The translations under genes were made by a program, and so were the position numbers. From positions 1 to 61,161 of the forward strand of contig DAOVVV010000013.1 in assembly GCA_030637025.1 (NCBI GenBank): 61,161 nucleotides of DNA, given 5' to 3'. Positions 59,251-61,161 of the stretch are shown one piece after another. A model generated the notes under the pieces. It did not search any database, had not been told where the DNA came from, and saw only the letters and a list, made by a program, of their open reading frames with translations. Each line of letters starts with the position of its first letter. Positions within the stretch are counted from its first letter, which is position 1. This stretch comes from Clostridia bacterium. Lineage in GTDB: Bacteria > CBDUZB01 > JAGLHV01.

Positions 59251-60759
59251 ATGATTGAGCAGAATGATATTATTTATTTTATGCTTACCGATAGGTTTTG
59301 TGATGGGGATTCTCAGAATAATTCAAGCGTGGACAAGGAGAACCTTTATCGTTATCACGGAGGAGATTTTGCCGGAATAGTAAAGAAGATTCCCTATTTT
59401 ACAAATTTGGGGATTACTGCTTTATGGATTACTCCGGTTTATCTTAATATTGGAAATTTTTATGGGACTGATAGCTATCATGGATATTGGGCATTGGATT
59501 TTGAAAAAGTAGATTCTCATCTTTATTCTCATAATCCGGAATTAGTAGAAGGGAGTAAAGAATATCTTAAAGAATTAGTTAATCAATTACATCAAGCAGG
59601 AATAAAGGTAATTTTAGATGTAGTAGTAAATCATACCGGGTATCACAATGAAAAGTATTTTAATTATCCGGATAAGAAAATAAAAAATGAATGGTTTAAT
59701 CAAGGACTGGCAGGAGATGAAATCGAAGGATGTTTGGCTGGTTTACCGGATTTAGACCATGACCAACCGGATGTAGTAGATTATTTTGTCAATAATATTG
59801 TGGATTGGATAGAAGAAACCCGAATAGATGGTATTCGTATGGATACAGTAAAACATGTAGAAAAGAAATTCTGGTATTTTTTTAAATCCTATGTCAAAGG
59901 GAAACACCGCAATATTACTCTGATTGGAGAAAATCTTGAATATAATGTAAATAATATTGCTCGATACCAGAAAGACTATGATTTTGATAGCTTATTTAAC
60001 TTTCCCTTGTGTAGAGAGATTAAGAAAACATTTATTTATAATGAAAGCATGACCCAACTTGCCCGTCCTCGTCTTAGTAATGATGAACCCCAGGGAATTT
60101 TAGACAGGGATGCTTGTTATACCAACGCTAATCGTTTGGTCAATTTATTAGATAATCATGATCTTTCCAAAAGATTTATGACTGAAATTCTTGATTGTTA
60201 TGGCCATTGGGATAGATGGCTTGCTCTTAAAATATTTAAATTAGCCCTTTCTTTTTTATTTACCGGGAGAGGGATCCCTCAAGTTTATTATGGAACAGAA
60301 ATTGGACTGGAGGGTTATGCTGATCCGGACAACCGTAGATTTATGCCCTGGAAAAAGGTTTTTGGCGAAAATCCGGATTTTGAACCATTAAACCAATGTT
60401 CAGAGCAAAGAGAAATTTTTTTGCATACAAAGCAATTAATTAAGATTAGAAAAGAAAATGAAGCCCTGACCTGGGGGTATTTGTTTACCCTTTATGCCGA
60501 CCATTTTATATATGCTTTTATACGGGAATATCGAGGAAATATAGTTATAGTAGTAATTAATAACGGCCTCCGGGAAATGTCCTATCCTTTATTTATCCCT
60601 ATTGCGGTTAATGGTAATATTCCTTTTCGGATAAAAGAAAAAATACAAAGCAAAAAATTAATTAATTTACTTAATGCCTCTGATGAAATAAAAGAGGAAA
60701 GAGGGGGGCTTTCAGTAATACTGGGGGGAAAGACAGCCAAGATATATAAGTTAGAATAA
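59251..60759 (+). CDS. GH13 alpha-amylase family glycoside hydrolase (no signal peptide)
   Basis: TDRF.DGD, YHGYW, DVVVNH, GIRMDTVKH, LLDNHD, GIPQVYYG. Confidence 0.93.
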   Translation: MIEQNDIIYFMLTDRFCDGDSQNNSSVDKENLYRYHGGDFAGIVKKIPYFTNLGITALWITPVYLNIGNFYGTDSYHGYWALDFEKVDSHLYSHNPELVEGSKEYLKELVNQLHQAGIKVILDVVVNHTGYHNEKYFNYPDKKIKNEWFNQGLAGDEIEGCLAGLPDLDHDQPDVVDYFVNNIVDWIEETRIDGIRMDTVKHVEKKFWYFFKSYVKGKHRNITLIGENLEYNVNNIARYQKDYDFDSLFNFPLCREIKKTFIYNESMTQLARPRLSNDEPQGILDRDACYTNANRLVNLLDNHDLSKRFMTEILDCYGHWDRWLALKIFKLALSFLFTGRGIPQVYYGTEIGLEGYADPDNRRFMPWKKVFGENPDFEPLNQCSEQREIFLHTKQLIKIRKENEALTWGYLFTLYADHFIYAFIREYRGNIVIVVINNGLREMSYPLFIPIAVNGNIPFRIKEKIQSKKLINLLNASDEIKEERGGLSVILGGKTAKIYKLE

Positions 60760-60828
60760 AGGGTATATCAAAAATAGTCAGATATATAGTTTATGGCAAG
60801 GTATGACGCGGAAGAAGTGAGGGGGGGG

Positions 60829-60998
60829 TAGAACAAAGGCAAAATATGTTTTTCTCTAAACGCATAATTTTACCCTTCGGGCACGCAAAAACAAGCTAAA
60901 AATAAGCAACTCGCTTTGCTCAAACAAGCTTATTTTTTTAACGCTAATTTTTGCTAAAATTTGCTAAATCGTTCAAAACATATTGTGCCTTTGTTCTA
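60829..60998 (+). repeat. Structured repeat family B copy
   Basis: Outer stem TAGAACAAAGGC/GCCTTTGTTCTA; inner stem AAAAATAAGC/GCTTATTTTT. Confidence 0.88.
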
Positions 60999-61020
60999 AA
61001 GAATAGGGGTGAAGAAGGAT

Positions 61021-61161
61021 AGGCAAAATATGTTTTTCTCTAAACGCATAATTTTACCCTTCGGGCACGCAAAAACAAGCTAAAAATAAGCAACTCGCTT
61101 TGCTCAGACAAGCTTATTTTTTTAACGCTAATTTTTGCTAAAATTTGCTAAGTCGTTCAAA
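61021..61161 (+). repeat. Family B copy, tandem, cut by the window end
   Basis: Near-identical to 60837-60977. Confidence 0.88.

Noticed and set aside
60829-61161. CRISPR array at the window end
   Set aside because: The repeat is ~160 bp, far longer than CRISPR repeats, and is dispersed elsewhere in the window.

Overview
AT-rich bacterial chromosome segment spanning the replication origin. Gene strand flips from - to + at about 18.1-19.2 kb, around gyrB-dciA-dnaN-dnaA | rpmH-rnpA-yidD-yidC. The window also holds recR-dnaX, a four-subunit pyruvate:ferredoxin oxidoreductase operon, fba, proA-nadD-LCP-rsfS-argS, an oppositely oriented jag-mnmE-M23-FecR-rsmI block, a complete and probably Na+-coupled V/A-type ATP synthase operon interrupted by a TPR lipoprotein gene and by repeats, rsmG with three perfect parS sites, and three tRNA genes (2x identical Asn-GTT, 1x Ala-CGC). 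Gene content suggests an anaerobic diderm, possibly Elusimicrobiota-like (weak inference). The most unusual signals are non-coding. (1) A duplicated tRNA-Asn module: tRNA, then a 41-nt hairpin with compensatory changes, then 1 or 3 copies of a 76-bp unit ending in a copy of the tRNA 3' end, interleaved with accessory genes. (2) A MITE-like family that shows empty, single and double nested insertion of a 15-bp palindrome, each time replacing 3 nt. (3) A ~160-bp multi-stem repeat family with copy-specific covarying stems. (4) Nested CCCTTCG..CTCAGG palindromes. No transposase or integrase is visible in the window.
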